A DNA stretch of 64,000 bases from an uncultured Collinsella sp. (GCA_900540945.1 UQHQ01000005.1:29749-93748); one strand, 5' to 3'; counted from the stretch's first letter, positions 9,194-19,621 are shown. The notes: a model not told the origin generated them from the letters alone. A program made the numbers and translations.

Positions 9194-11383
9194 CTAGATT
9201 AATTTAGTACTCTCAAGCTTTTCGATAATCCAGTCGTTGGCTTTGATGACCGGACGGCGGAAGACCACACCCAGTGCCAGCGACGGAATCAGATAACTCG
9301 CCAGAATGCCCAACTCAATCCAGTACTCCATATGGTAGGCACCGGCCATGGCGGCATGCATGGCGTTGATGCCGTGGGTAAACGGCAGGAACGGATATAT
9401 CGCCTGGAACACGGGACCGGTCATCTCGATGGGGAACGTGCCGCCCGAACCGCCGACCTGCATGACCAGCAACACGACGGCAAGCGCCTTGCCGATATCG
9501 CCAAACGAAACCGTAAGCGTATAGACGATATTGGAGAACACGAGACTCGCGATCCAGCCCGCCAGCACAAATTGCAACGGGTCGTCGCACTGGATGCCAA
9601 AGAACAGGATGTCGCCCGCGCACACGAGCGTTGCCTGCAGCAGCGCCAGACCGCCAAAGAACAGGTAACGGCCCAGGTAGATCTCGTGCAGGCGCACGGG
9701 GATGAGCTCGTTGATGAGCTCATCGTCAACCGACACCTTCATCATGGCCGCCAGCACGATCGAACCGACCCAGAGCGACAGAATCGTGTAGAACGGCGCC
9801 ATGGCAGAGCCGTAATTGCGAATCGGATAGACCGGCTTGCGGTCGAGCGCGACGGGGCCGGAAAGCGACGCGGCCAAACCCTCGGGGTCGTTGCCGATCA
9901 TTGTCTTGATCGTGGCCAGATCGTCCGACATAAGGGCGCCGTCAAGCTCGTCCTTAAACGCGCTGATCTTGTCCGATGCCTCACCCAGCTGATCGGAAGC
10001 CTTGTTGACCAGCCTTGCGGCCTTAGAGAGGCCCTTTGCCAGCGAACCAGATGCGTCGGTCAAGCCGTCTACGGCGCTATCCAGGTCGCCCGAGATGCTG
10101 TTCAGCGAATCCAGAACGCCCGAAATGGTCTTCTTGAGCTCCTTGGCCTTAACCGAAAACGTGGAATCGTAGTCGGACTTGGCACCCGCGATGCCGGCCT
10201 TGGCATCCGCGATTGCCTGATCGACCTCGGCACGCGAGCTGTTGACCTCGGCCATGCTGTCGGAGAGAGACTTCGCGGTCGCCTTCAGGTCCTTCTCATT
10301 ATTGCGGTACTCAACGGCGATTCTGCCCAGCGACGTCGCAGCGGACTTGAGGCCGTCCTTCAAATTCTCATCCCTCACCTGGTCGGCAAAGCTGCGGAGC
10401 TGATCGGCCATCGCATCGATATCCTTGGCGCGCGCATTGAGGGCCGCAGCGGCATCGTTGAGTTGGGACACCGTAAGGTCGACATGCTGGTTTGCGGTGT
10501 CGAACGCCTTCGCAAGCTCGGCAGACACGTTGTCGAACGAACCCGCACTTCCATCGATCGCGGCATCGATGGCATCGTTTGCCGCCTTAAGCGATTCTTT
10601 GGAATCATCGATGCCGCTTTTGGCATGTTCCATGAGCTGCTTTGTCGACTCATCGACGGCACCGGTCTGCTTGAGCATGCCGCTCGCCGACGTCAGCGAA
10701 TCGGACGTGGAGCTCAAAATGCCCGCAAGCGACGTTGCGCTGGCCTGAACGTCCTGCAGGTCCTGGGCCGAATCGCCGAGCGTCGAGGACAGGTTGGCGA
10801 TAAAGTTGCCAACCTGGTCGGTGCTCATGTAATCGAGCAGGCTGGACACCGTCTTAAGACCGATGCTCGTAATGGTCTCGGTAAAGGTCTCGTTAACCTG
10901 GCTCTGAACGGCACTCGAACCCTTCTCGGTCACGATCTGCGCAATGGCGTTGGCCTTCTGGTTCTCGTAAAACTCGATATCGGCGTGTTTCACGTCGGTC
11001 GAGAAAAGCGTCATCATGTCAGCGCTAAACGTTTTGGGGATAACGACGACAGCATAGTACGCGCCCGACTTAACGCCCTCGATAGCCTTTTCGCGATTGT
11101 TGAGCACAACCCAATCGAAGCTCTCGTTGCCGCGTAGGGTGGCGGTCACGTTTTCGCCCACGTTAACCTCGACGGGGATCAAATCGCTCTCGTAACCCTC
11201 ATCGGTGTTGACCACGGCGATCTTAAGATTGCCGGTGTTGCCGTACGGATCCCAGCTGCCGGCGATGTTAAACCACGCGTACAGACACGGTACGATAATG
11301 AGGCCCATCACGACAACCAAGCCGATCACGGAGCGAGACACGTTTTGGACATCGCGCTTAAACAGATGCAGGATGTTCTTCAT
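9194..11383 (-). CDS. YhgE/Pip domain membrane protein (paralog 1)
   Basis: 729 aa. N-terminal TM + WDPYGN motif, long coiled-coil extracellular region, C-terminal multi-TM ABC-2-like domain. Its ATG directly abuts the TAA of the upstream paralog (gcaTAAATG). Confidence 0.85.
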   Translation of the reverse strand: MKNILHLFKRDVQNVSRSVIGLVVVMGLIIVPCLYAWFNIAGSWDPYGNTGNLKIAVVNTDEGYESDLIPVEVNVGENVTATLRGNESFDWVVLNNREKAIEGVKSGAYYAVVVIPKTFSADMMTLFSTDVKHADIEFYENQKANAIAQIVTEKGSSAVQSQVNETFTETITSIGLKTVSSLLDYMSTDQVGNFIANLSSTLGDSAQDLQDVQASATSLAGILSSTSDSLTSASGMLKQTGAVDESTKQLMEHAKSGIDDSKESLKAANDAIDAAIDGSAGSFDNVSAELAKAFDTANQHVDLTVSQLNDAAAALNARAKDIDAMADQLRSFADQVRDENLKDGLKSAATSLGRIAVEYRNNEKDLKATAKSLSDSMAEVNSSRAEVDQAIADAKAGIAGAKSDYDSTFSVKAKELKKTISGVLDSLNSISGDLDSAVDGLTDASGSLAKGLSKAARLVNKASDQLGEASDKISAFKDELDGALMSDDLATIKTMIGNDPEGLAASLSGPVALDRKPVYPIRNYGSAMAPFYTILSLWVGSIVLAAMMKVSVDDELINELIPVRLHEIYLGRYLFFGGLALLQATLVCAGDILFFGIQCDDPLQFVLAGWIASLVFSNIVYTLTVSFGDIGKALAVVLLVMQVGGSGGTFPIEMTGPVFQAIYPFLPFTHGINAMHAAMAGAYHMEYWIELGILASYLIPSLALGVVFRRPVIKANDWIIEKLESTKLI

Positions 11384-14200
11384 TTATGCCTCACCTCCTT
11401 TGGAGTGCTTGCCAAGCGCGGTGGTATCTCCATCATTTGTGGCTGTGCTGTCGCTGCCCTGAGATTTATGGTGCGAACCGATATGCGGCAAGCGGCCCGT
11501 GGACTGATCGCCGCCCTTGGCGCCGCGCTCGCTGGCGTTGAGGCCAAACATGTGGCGGGCGGCAGGAATGGCGGCCGTGTGTTCGCGCATCTCGCGACGC
11601 AGGTCCTCATCCGAAAGCGCCGAGATGCGCATCTGGGTATTGAGGCTCGCTCGGATATATTCGATATTGATAAGCCAGCCGCAGATAGCAATAACCGAGA
11701 TGATCCAAATGACAAGCAGGATGATCTTGCCGTTATTGTCGATATCGAGAACCGTCGACAAGACAAAGAGCAGGACCTGAACGCCCACCACGGCGGCAAA
11801 ACCGCCCTTGATGTAGTACGGGTAGCGATGTTCAAAGGCGACCGCATGATCGAGCAGTTCGCGACGGTACGAATCGGAATCGAGCATGACGCGCATGGCC
11901 GTGCGCAGCGAGTAGCGCTGGCGCGGCAGGTCGTTGGACTCGCAAATCATCATACCGGTCGTGGAGAGCTGTTTATCAAAGAGCAGGTTGAGGTTGAGCA
12001 GCAGCGGACGCAGCTGCAAGCCAATAAAGAGTGCGATGGCAAGGAACACGCCCAAGATGCACAGGTTGAACAGGTAGTTGAACGAGTACATGCCGCCGAC
12101 CGTCTCGCGCAGCAGATTGATGCCGTAGGTAAAGGGCAGCAGCGGGTGCAGCCACTGGAAGAAGCCGGGCATCATCTCGATGGGGTACATGCCCGACGAA
12201 CCCGGGATCTGCACGATGACGAGAATGACGCCGATAGCCTTGCCGATATGCTTAAACGTGGTGGACAGCGCATAGATGATATTGACGTAGGTGAACGAAA
12301 TGGCGATGCCGCCCAGCACGAACAGCAGCGGGCTGACGCACTGCACGCCAATCACCAGATCGCCTACCGTAACGATGATGGCCTGCAACGCGCCCAGGAT
12401 CACCATGAGCAACCAGCGGCCAAAGTAGCCTTGGCGCGCCGTAAAGCTGCCAACACCTTCACGGTCGACCTCGAGCTTGTAAATGGCGATGAGCACATAG
12501 CCGCCCACCCAAAGCGCCAGATTGGTGTAGAAGGGAGCGATGCCCGAGCCAAAGCTCTTGACCGGATAGATTGACTTGGACGTCAACTCAACCGGAGACG
12601 CCATGAAATCTGCCACGTCATTGACATCGACGCCCATCAGATCGGCCAGCTCGCCCATGGACTCGGAGGTCTGCAGCGCCGCGATGTCATTGGCGGCGGT
12701 TGCAAGCTTGTCCTGGACCTTGGCAAGCGAGGAATCGGTCTGGGACAGCGTGGTCTTGGCCTGGCCGAGCGTAGCGCTAAGCTGCGCCAACGTGCCGCGC
12801 GCATTTGCAAGTGTAGGTGTCATACCCGAGACGATACCGGTCAGGTCGCCCGAAACGGCAGCAAAAGAGTCGAGCGCGCTCGAGGCCTTCGGCAGCGCGT
12901 TTTGACCCAGGTCCGTCTGGGCCTGGCCAAGGTTGGTCGCACCGGTCTGAATTGCGTTATTGATAGCGTCGCTGGCACCCGAGACAGCCGCGGCGTCATT
13001 CGCCATGGCGCTCGACTGCGCAGACAGACCGTCCTTGATGCTCTGCAACTTCTCGTTCTGCTCACGGAGCGTATTGATGGTCGATACAATGCGCGCGTCA
13101 ATTTCCTCGGAACCTGTCGACGTGTCATTGGCGAGAATCTCCAAGTGCCCGATAACGGCCTTATTGTGGTCGATCGTCGCTTGGAGAGACTCGAGCGAGT
13201 TGTCGATACGGGTGGTCGTAGATGTGACCGTGCCCGTCAGCTTGCCGATGGCAGCGTTCGCGGAGGCCGACGTCTTGGTGAGCGCAAGGCTGCCTTCCGA
13301 GAGCGCCTTGGAGAGCGAGGCGATAGAGTTGCCCGCCGTGGTGCGAGCTTCACCCAGCAGGTCGTTGCCCTGAGAGATCGCTTGCGTCAGTGACGGCGCC
13401 TGACCCTGCATGCCGGCAAGTGCCGCATCAGCCGAGGCGATAGCGCCACTCGTCTTATCGATGGCGGCATTCATGTCGCCAATCGAATCGCGCACCTCGC
13501 CCAAGGTATCGGATGCCTCGGAGACAGAACTTGCCAACGAATCCTGAGTCTGGGTTGCCTTGTCCTTTAAATCGACTCCGGCATCCTTGGCAATGCTGGC
13601 AACGGTCTCGCCCACCGTGGAGACAAATTCCGAGTTGATCTGCTCCTCGATGGTGCTTGCACCGGTGTCGGTAACCTTGGGCGCAATAGCGCTCTTCTTC
13701 TCATTGACGTAGTACGTAAGCTTGGGCTGATGGTAGTTACCGTCGAGCATCGAAACCAGGTTATCCGAGAAGTTCTTGGGGATTACGATGGCCGCATAGT
13801 ACTCACCGCTCTCGACGCCCTCCTTGGCATCGGACGCCGAATCGACGAAGGTCCAGCCCAGCTGATCGTTCTCCTTGAGCTGATCGACAACCTGGTCGCC
13901 CGCGTTGAGCTCGCCCACCAAGTCGTTTTGGGTGCCCCGATCGTTGTTGGCGATGGCAATCTTGATACCCTGGGTGTTTCCGTACGGATCCCAGTTGGCC
14001 ACGATGTTGTACCAGGCATACAGCGAGGGAATAACGCACACGCCAAGGGTAACCACCAAGGCGACGGGGCTCACAAGCAGTCGCTTAATGTCGCGCTTAA
14101 ATATCGCAAAGGACACCTTTGCATTGGATAGTTTGCTGCCGAGACTCACGCTTGGACCATCCATCCTGTCGTTAAATCGAATCGTACTATCGACAACCAT
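11384..14200 (-). CDS. YhgE/Pip domain membrane protein (paralog 2, longer). The start is uncertain: candidates are TTG at 14233 (track M1), ATG at 14200 and ATG at about 14164.
   Basis: FAIFKRDIKRLL...WDPYGNTQGIKIAIANND, same architecture as paralog 1, translationally coupled to it. Confidence 0.8.
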   Translation of the reverse strand: MVVDSTIRFNDRMDGPSVSLGSKLSNAKVSFAIFKRDIKRLLVSPVALVVTLGVCVIPSLYAWYNIVANWDPYGNTQGIKIAIANNDRGTQNDLVGELNAGDQVVDQLKENDQLGWTFVDSASDAKEGVESGEYYAAIVIPKNFSDNLVSMLDGNYHQPKLTYYVNEKKSAIAPKVTDTGASTIEEQINSEFVSTVGETVASIAKDAGVDLKDKATQTQDSLASSVSEASDTLGEVRDSIGDMNAAIDKTSGAIASADAALAGMQGQAPSLTQAISQGNDLLGEARTTAGNSIASLSKALSEGSLALTKTSASANAAIGKLTGTVTSTTTRIDNSLESLQATIDHNKAVIGHLEILANDTSTGSEEIDARIVSTINTLREQNEKLQSIKDGLSAQSSAMANDAAAVSGASDAINNAIQTGATNLGQAQTDLGQNALPKASSALDSFAAVSGDLTGIVSGMTPTLANARGTLAQLSATLGQAKTTLSQTDSSLAKVQDKLATAANDIAALQTSESMGELADLMGVDVNDVADFMASPVELTSKSIYPVKSFGSGIAPFYTNLALWVGGYVLIAIYKLEVDREGVGSFTARQGYFGRWLLMVILGALQAIIVTVGDLVIGVQCVSPLLFVLGGIAISFTYVNIIYALSTTFKHIGKAIGVILVIVQIPGSSGMYPIEMMPGFFQWLHPLLPFTYGINLLRETVGGMYSFNYLFNLCILGVFLAIALFIGLQLRPLLLNLNLLFDKQLSTTGMMICESNDLPRQRYSLRTAMRVMLDSDSYRRELLDHAVAFEHRYPYYIKGGFAAVVGVQVLLFVLSTVLDIDNNGKIILLVIWIISVIAICGWLINIEYIRASLNTQMRISALSDEDLRREMREHTAAIPAARHMFGLNASERGAKGGDQSTGRLPHIGSHHKSQGSDSTATNDGDTTALGKHSKGGEA

Positions 14201-14444
14201 TGTACGTAGGCGCTTTAGCGTCTCAGAGCACAATGGTATTGAGTTTTGCGGGTAGCAATATACTACGAAGACAAATTAACGTACAGTTGTACAGTATCTT
14301 TAATTTCAGCATGTCACAAAACCACAACCCGCACAAATTAGCAATTCAAATAGCATCGGGGACGTTCTTAAACGACTAGTCAAACAAAAACGCCCCCAAT
14401 GACTACTTAGGACCACGAAAGCGTCGCTGGTTGAGCATAAGTCA

Positions 14445-14587
14445 GCGAAAACGCCCCTAAGCGAGCAAGGTGACGCGAAAGAGGAGGGAAGCGTACTTCG
14501 GTACGCGACCGACGATTGAACGTCAGATTGCCGCTTAGGGGCGTTTGCAGCGTCGAGCTGTTACGCGGTTTGGTAAAACCGCGTAAC
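14445..14587. promoter_or_regulatory. Palindromic region between the htpG 3' end and the yhgE2 5' end: 15-bp inverted repeat arms (14447-14461 / 14533-14547) plus a perfect 12-bp-stem hairpin (14560-14587)
   Basis: gaaaacgcccctaagcg ... cgcttaggggcgttt; gttacgcggttt-ggta-aaaccgcgtaac. A related third copy caaaaacgcccccaatg lies at about 14383. Confidence 0.5.
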
Positions 14588-14594
14588 TACCTAA

Positions 14595-16619
14595 CTACAT
14601 CAAGTTGCAGATAGCCGCCGCGAAGGCTACGGGGTCCTCGGGGAGGATGCCCTCGACCAGCAGAGCCTGGTCATAGAGCAGACCGGAGTACTGCTTGATC
14701 TTGTCGGTGTCGCCCGCCTTCTGGGCAGCGACAAGCTTGTCAAAGACCGGGTGCTTGGCGTTGAGCTCGAGCACGCGCTGGCTCTTGGGCATGCCGTCGG
14801 GCGCGCCCTCGGGTCCCTTCTGGAGCACCTTCTCCATCTCAAGCGAAAGCGGACCCTCGGTGGTGATGCAAGCGGGGGCATCGGTCAGGCGCGCGGAGAC
14901 GGCAACCTTCTCGACCTTGTCACCGAGCGCCTCCTTCATAGCGCTGAAGAGGTCCTCGTTTTCCTTGGTGGCGTCCTCGGCCTCCTTCTTCTCGTCCTCG
15001 GTCGCCAGGTCAAGATCACCGGTCGCGACGTTCTTGAGCTCCAGATGACGATCCTCGACCTCGGGCTCGGCACCGTCGGCCACAGCCTTCTCGGCAGCCT
15101 CGCGGGCAGCATCGTCCTCGTAGATCTTGGGCATATCGGCGGCAACGTACTCACGCATAGCCTGGAACGTGAACTCATCCACATCCTGCGTCAGCAGCAG
15201 CACGTCATAGCCGCGGTCGAGCACGCCCTTTACCACGGGCATCTTGGCCAAGCGCTCACGCGAGTCGCCGGCGGCGTAGTAGATGGCCTTCTGATCCTCA
15301 GGCATGCCCTTGGCATACTCGGCCAGGGTAATCATCTTCTGTTCCTTGGCAGACCAGAACAGCAACAGGTCGGCGAGCTCATCGGCCTTCATGCCATAGC
15401 TCGAGTAGATGCCGTACTTAAGACCGCGGCCAAAGTTCTCAAAGAACTTCTCATAGGCCTCGCGGTCGTTGTCACGCATATCCTCAAGGTCGGCGGTAAT
15501 CTTCTTTTCCACACGCTTGGCGATGGCCTTGAGCTGACGGTTCTGCTGCAGCGTCTCGCGCGAGATGTTGAGCGACACGTCGGCGGAATCCACGACGCCG
15601 CGGACAAAGTTGTAGTAGTCGGGCAGCAGGTCGTCGCACTTCTCCATGATCAGGACGTTGGAGCTGTAGAGCGCCAGACCCTTCTCGTAGTCCTTGCTGT
15701 ACAGATCGAACGGCGCGCGTCCCGGCACAAACAGCAGGGCGTCATACTCGAGCGTGCCCTCGGCGTGGAAGCTGATGGTGCGCGCAGGATCGTCAAAGTC
15801 GTGGAACGTGGACTTGTAGAACTCGTCGTAGTCCTTCTGCTCGACATCGGAGCTGCGCTTCTTCCAGATCGGTGTCATGGAATTGACGGTCTCGAGCTCC
15901 TGGTAGTCCTCGTACTCGGGCTTGTAATCGTCGCCGGCGTCCTCGGGCTTGGGTTTCTGGCGGCTCTTGGACACCATCATCTGGATCGGGTAGCGCACAT
16001 AGTTACTGTACTGCTGAATCAGGCTCTTGAGACCCCACTCGGTCAGGAAGCGATCGTAGGTCTCGGCCTCGCCGTCGGCGTCGAGCTTCTCGTTCTCACG
16101 CAGCGTCAGGATGACATCGGTGCCGTGCTCGGCGCGCTCGCCATCTTCGATGGTGTAACCCTCAAGACCATCAGACTCCCACACGTGAGCGGTGTCCTCG
16201 CCATAGGCGCGGCTGACGACCTTCACGTGGCTGGCGACCATAAAAGCCGAGTAGAAGCCCACGCCAAACTGGCCGATGATGTCGACATCCGAACCCTGCT
16301 GCTCGGCGTTCTCGGTCTTAAACTCCTCGGAGCCGGAATGGGCGATGGTGCCCAGATTGCGCTCGAGCTCCTCGGCGGTCATGCCAATGCCGTTATCCGA
16401 GATGGTAATGGTGCGGGCGTCTTTATCAAAGGAGACGCGAATGGCCAGGTCGCCCTGGTCGATCTTGACGCTCGGATCCTGCAGGCTCTTAAAGTTGAGC
16501 TTGTCGACGGCGTCGCTCGCGTTAGAGATAAGCTCGCGCAGGAAGATTTCCTTATTGGTGTAGATGGAGTTGATCATGAGGTCGAGCAGTTTTTTGCTCT
16601 CGGTCTTAAATTGACGCAT
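14595..16619 (-). CDS. htpG: Molecular chaperone HtpG (Hsp90)
   Basis: 674 aa. N-terminal KEIFLRELISNASDA, GHKL ATPase, C-terminal charged linker. Confidence 0.95.
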   Translation of the reverse strand: MRQFKTESKKLLDLMINSIYTNKEIFLRELISNASDAVDKLNFKSLQDPSVKIDQGDLAIRVSFDKDARTITISDNGIGMTAEELERNLGTIAHSGSEEFKTENAEQQGSDVDIIGQFGVGFYSAFMVASHVKVVSRAYGEDTAHVWESDGLEGYTIEDGERAEHGTDVILTLRENEKLDADGEAETYDRFLTEWGLKSLIQQYSNYVRYPIQMMVSKSRQKPKPEDAGDDYKPEYEDYQELETVNSMTPIWKKRSSDVEQKDYDEFYKSTFHDFDDPARTISFHAEGTLEYDALLFVPGRAPFDLYSKDYEKGLALYSSNVLIMEKCDDLLPDYYNFVRGVVDSADVSLNISRETLQQNRQLKAIAKRVEKKITADLEDMRDNDREAYEKFFENFGRGLKYGIYSSYGMKADELADLLLFWSAKEQKMITLAEYAKGMPEDQKAIYYAAGDSRERLAKMPVVKGVLDRGYDVLLLTQDVDEFTFQAMREYVAADMPKIYEDDAAREAAEKAVADGAEPEVEDRHLELKNVATGDLDLATEDEKKEAEDATKENEDLFSAMKEALGDKVEKVAVSARLTDAPACITTEGPLSLEMEKVLQKGPEGAPDGMPKSQRVLELNAKHPVFDKLVAAQKAGDTDKIKQYSGLLYDQALLVEGILPEDPVAFAAAICNLM

Positions 16620-16821
16620 GTGCAGTCCTTTCGCGCTACCCCTGTCCGCAAAAACGGCCCGGTCGCCCGAGCCGCATCGCAGACCTGCTATGTTCAGACT
16701 TAGATTTTATAACCCATTAACGCGCATATATACATACGGAATCGAAAAACTGTATGTCCGAGCGCTCCAATGCGTCAATTGCCAAGGAGTGTCCCCAACT
16801 GCCGGCAGAAAAGGAACGTCC

Positions 16822-17340
16822 CTATCTGCCATCTACGCGCTTGGCCATCCAGGCGTGGGGCTGGCCTTCGTCTTCGTAATCTACCGGGGCAATTTGCGTG
16901 TAGCCCGCCTTTACATAGAGCGGCAGCACGTATTCCTGCGCATGCAGCTTAATAAGCTTGGCGCCGGCATCACGCGCGGCGGCATCACTGGCCTCGACAA
17001 TCTTGCTCGCCAAACCGCGACGGCGCATGCTCGGCAGCACAGCCACGCGCCCCATAATGTAGGTCTCCCCCGCCGCAACGCCTTCATCCATGTCGCATGC
17101 CGGCAACACCGGGGCCTCTGCGTCAGCCACGCGCTCAAGCTCTTCGGGAAACACGCGCGAGCAACCGGCAAGCTCGCCGTCTACATAGAGCGTCACATGA
17201 ATGCAGTTCGGATCCTCGTCGATAGCGTCGAACTCATTCTCGTAGCCCTGCTCGTCCATAAAAACGACGCGGCGCACCAACGCCGCGTCATCAAAGCATC
17301 CCGTCTTAAGTTGAATATCCATGGCTGCCCCTTCATTCAA
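16822..17340 (-). CDS. GNAT family N-acetyltransferase
   Basis: 172 aa. Acetyl-CoA binding-like VLPSMRRRGLASKIV motif. Confidence 0.75.
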   Translation of the reverse strand: MNEGAAMDIQLKTGCFDDAALVRRVVFMDEQGYENEFDAIDEDPNCIHVTLYVDGELAGCSRVFPEELERVADAEAPVLPACDMDEGVAAGETYIMGRVAVLPSMRRRGLASKIVEASDAAARDAGAKLIKLHAQEYVLPLYVKAGYTQIAPVDYEDEGQPHAWMAKRVDGR

Positions 17341-17361
17341 TGCGAACGTTAGGGACAGATT

Positions 17362-18012
17362 TTAGCGAAAATGAGCTCCGCGTACGCTAAACTTCGCGCG
17401 AGCCTTCGCCAGGCAGTCGTAATGACCCACGTTATGGGCATCGCTCGCGATGAAGCTGTACAGGTTCTGATCGAACAGGCGCTGTGCCGGCTTTTTCTCG
17501 CGACCAAAGCGACCGCCGGCAATAAAGTCCGCCGAAGCCTGCAGCTTGCAGCCCATATCGACCAGGCGCTCCGCCACGCTTACATCCTTTTGAACCGCAC
17601 GATAGCGCTCAGGATGAGCGATGATCACCTGGTAGCCACGACACTGCAAATCGTAAATCGTGTTCTCGTACTCTCTAAACGCATACGCATCGGCATGCGT
17701 CGAAAGCTCAAGCAGAAACTCGTTGGTCCCATCGAAATGCAGGTATTCCGCGGCGTCGATGCCCAGCTCGACAAGCTTTCGGTGGTTGACCTCAAAGCCC
17801 ATCTGAAGCGGAAAACCATCTGCGTTATCCCGCAATAGCTCAAAGGCATCCCACATCTTGTCGTAGTCAAAATAGGGATCTCGGCAGTGCGGGGTGCAGA
17901 CAATTCTGGTTACGCCAGCCCGCTTGGCAGCCTCGAGCATCGCCAAGCTCTCATCGAGATCGGCGGCGCCGTCGTCTACACCCGGCAAGATATGGCAATG
18001 AATGTCACGCAT
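17362..18012 (-). CDS. cpsB: CpsB/YwqE-type manganese-dependent protein-tyrosine phosphatase (PHP domain)
   Basis: MRDIHCHILPGVDDGA N-terminus, diagnostic of CpsB/YwqE. 216 aa. Confidence 0.85.
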   Translation of the reverse strand: MRDIHCHILPGVDDGAADLDESLAMLEAAKRAGVTRIVCTPHCRDPYFDYDKMWDAFELLRDNADGFPLQMGFEVNHRKLVELGIDAAEYLHFDGTNEFLLELSTHADAYAFREYENTIYDLQCRGYQVIIAHPERYRAVQKDVSVAERLVDMGCKLQASADFIAGGRFGREKKPAQRLFDQNLYSFIASDAHNVGHYDCLAKARAKFSVRGAHFR

Positions 18013-18029
18013 AGGTCAGCCTTAATCAA

Positions 18030-18767
18030 CTAAACGTTTGCTCGGTTGGTGAAGATGCCCTTTTTGGAAGTCCCCTGATCGTCGGAGCCCTTCTTAACCT
18101 TCTTACCGTCCTTGGTGTAGTAGGAGTAGTAGTACTCGCTGGTCTCGGTCTCGCAGTAGTTCATGACGGTACCGATGAGCTTAACCTTCTCGGACTTCTT
18201 AAGCTGGCCGATAGCGTTGAGTGCCTCCTCGCGCTTGGTGAAGTCCTCGCGCACCACGAACAGCGTACCGTCGGTCAGGCTGGCAATCTCGGCAGCATCG
18301 ATGAAGGTGCCGACCGGAGGAGCATCAAAGATGACGTACTGGAACTTGGCAGACAGCGCCTTGACCAGTTTGGCAAAGCGGTGAGAAACGATGATGTCGG
18401 CAGGATTGGGAATGTGCGGCTCGGCATCGAGGAAGTAGAAGTTCTTCTGACCCGTCTCGACAATTGCCTGGTCGATGGAGATCTGCTCGGAAAGGACCGC
18501 ATAGAGTCCGCCGCGCGAACGAACGCCGAGCATATCGGAAAGGGACCTGCGGCGCATATCGGCCTCGACCAGGAGCACGGACTTGCCGCTCGTGGCGATT
18601 GCCTGGGCAAGGTTAATGGAAACCGTAGACTTGCCCTCGTTGGGAATCGAGGAGGTAACGGTGATGGTGCGAATGGGGTCGTCCACGCTCGCAAAGCGGA
18701 TGTTGGCCAGAAGGGTCTTGGCGGCATTCTGTACAACGAGCTTATCGGTGTTCTTTGCCTTAGCCAT
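18030..18767 (-). CDS. cpsD: BY-kinase catalytic subunit (CpsD/YwqD-type tyrosine-protein kinase)
   Basis: Walker A SSIPNEGKST, Walker A'/B, Tyr-rich C-terminal tail YYYSYY. Confidence 0.85.
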   Translation of the reverse strand: MAKAKNTDKLVVQNAAKTLLANIRFASVDDPIRTITVTSSIPNEGKSTVSINLAQAIATSGKSVLLVEADMRRRSLSDMLGVRSRGGLYAVLSEQISIDQAIVETGQKNFYFLDAEPHIPNPADIIVSHRFAKLVKALSAKFQYVIFDAPPVGTFIDAAEIASLTDGTLFVVREDFTKREEALNAIGQLKKSEKVKLIGTVMNYCETETSEYYYSYYTKDGKKVKKGSDDQGTSKKGIFTNRANV

Positions 18768-18769
18768 GC

Positions 18770-19426
18770 CTATTTACCACCTTTCATAGCCGGAATTCGG
18801 CCAACAACGGGAATGCCCAGGAGCTCTTCTGCCTCTTCGGCACCGCGGATGCGGGTATTGAGCATGTCTGCCAAAACGACATAGGCAACTGCGATAAAGA
18901 TACCGGCGAGGAACGCGACAGCAACGTACAGCGTGCGCTTGGGGCCGCTGGGGACTTCGGGAGTCTTAGCCTCGTCGATAACGTTGATGCTCTGGGCAGC
19001 GCCGACGTTCTGAGCGACCGTACTCACCGAGCTGGCCATGGCCTTTGCGACCTTAGCCGTCTCCTTGGCATCGGTGCCGGTAACCGAAAGCGTAATGACA
19101 CGCGTGGTGGTCTCGGAGGAAACAGACACCTTGTAGTCATCCAGGTCAGCAAGGCCCAACTCATTGGCAGCACCGCTCTTAACGCTATCGCTATCCAGCA
19201 GCGTGGCGATATCGTTGGAAAGCATCTGGCTCGCCGAGAGATCGTTGTAGCTCATCTGACCGCTATCGTCGGTCTTGGCGAGAATGTACATGCTCGTCGT
19301 CGCGGTGTAGGTGTTGTCCATCGCAACGAAGGACACGATGCCCATGGCGATCGCGCAGACCACCGGAAGGGTGATGACCAGCTTAAGGTGCTTTTTGAGC
19401 AGCTGGAACAGTTCGAGAAGGGTCAT
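18770..19426 (-). CDS. cpsC: BY-kinase transmembrane modulator / Wzz-like chain-length determinant (CpsC/YwqC-type)
   Basis: 218 aa, two TM segments flanking a periplasmic domain. Directly upstream of cpsD with a 2-nt gap. Confidence 0.75.
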   Translation of the reverse strand: MTLLELFQLLKKHLKLVITLPVVCAIAMGIVSFVAMDNTYTATTSMYILAKTDDSGQMSYNDLSASQMLSNDIATLLDSDSVKSGAANELGLADLDDYKVSVSSETTTRVITLSVTGTDAKETAKVAKAMASSVSTVAQNVGAAQSINVIDEAKTPEVPSGPKRTLYVAVAFLAGIFIAVAYVVLADMLNTRIRGAEEAEELLGIPVVGRIPAMKGGK

Positions 19427-19621
19427 GCAGCTTGCCTTTCATTTCCCCAGTTCGGATTGACAAAACTGTCCGTATGTTATCGCATCTTTTTACCGAGGCC
19501 AAACTCTATACATAAGAAACAGGCTCTCCTGTAAAAATGTCGGAAGCAATCGTAAAATTGCACAACAACGCCGCACCCGAAAGTCAAATGCGGCGTCTAC
19601 ATCAATACCTATGTTGTATCG

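Noticed and set aside
16620-16820. CIRCE (HrcA) or HAIR (HspR) operator upstream of htpG
   Set aside because: Neither TTAGCACTC-N9-GAGTGCTAA nor CTTGAGT-N7-ACTCAAG is present.
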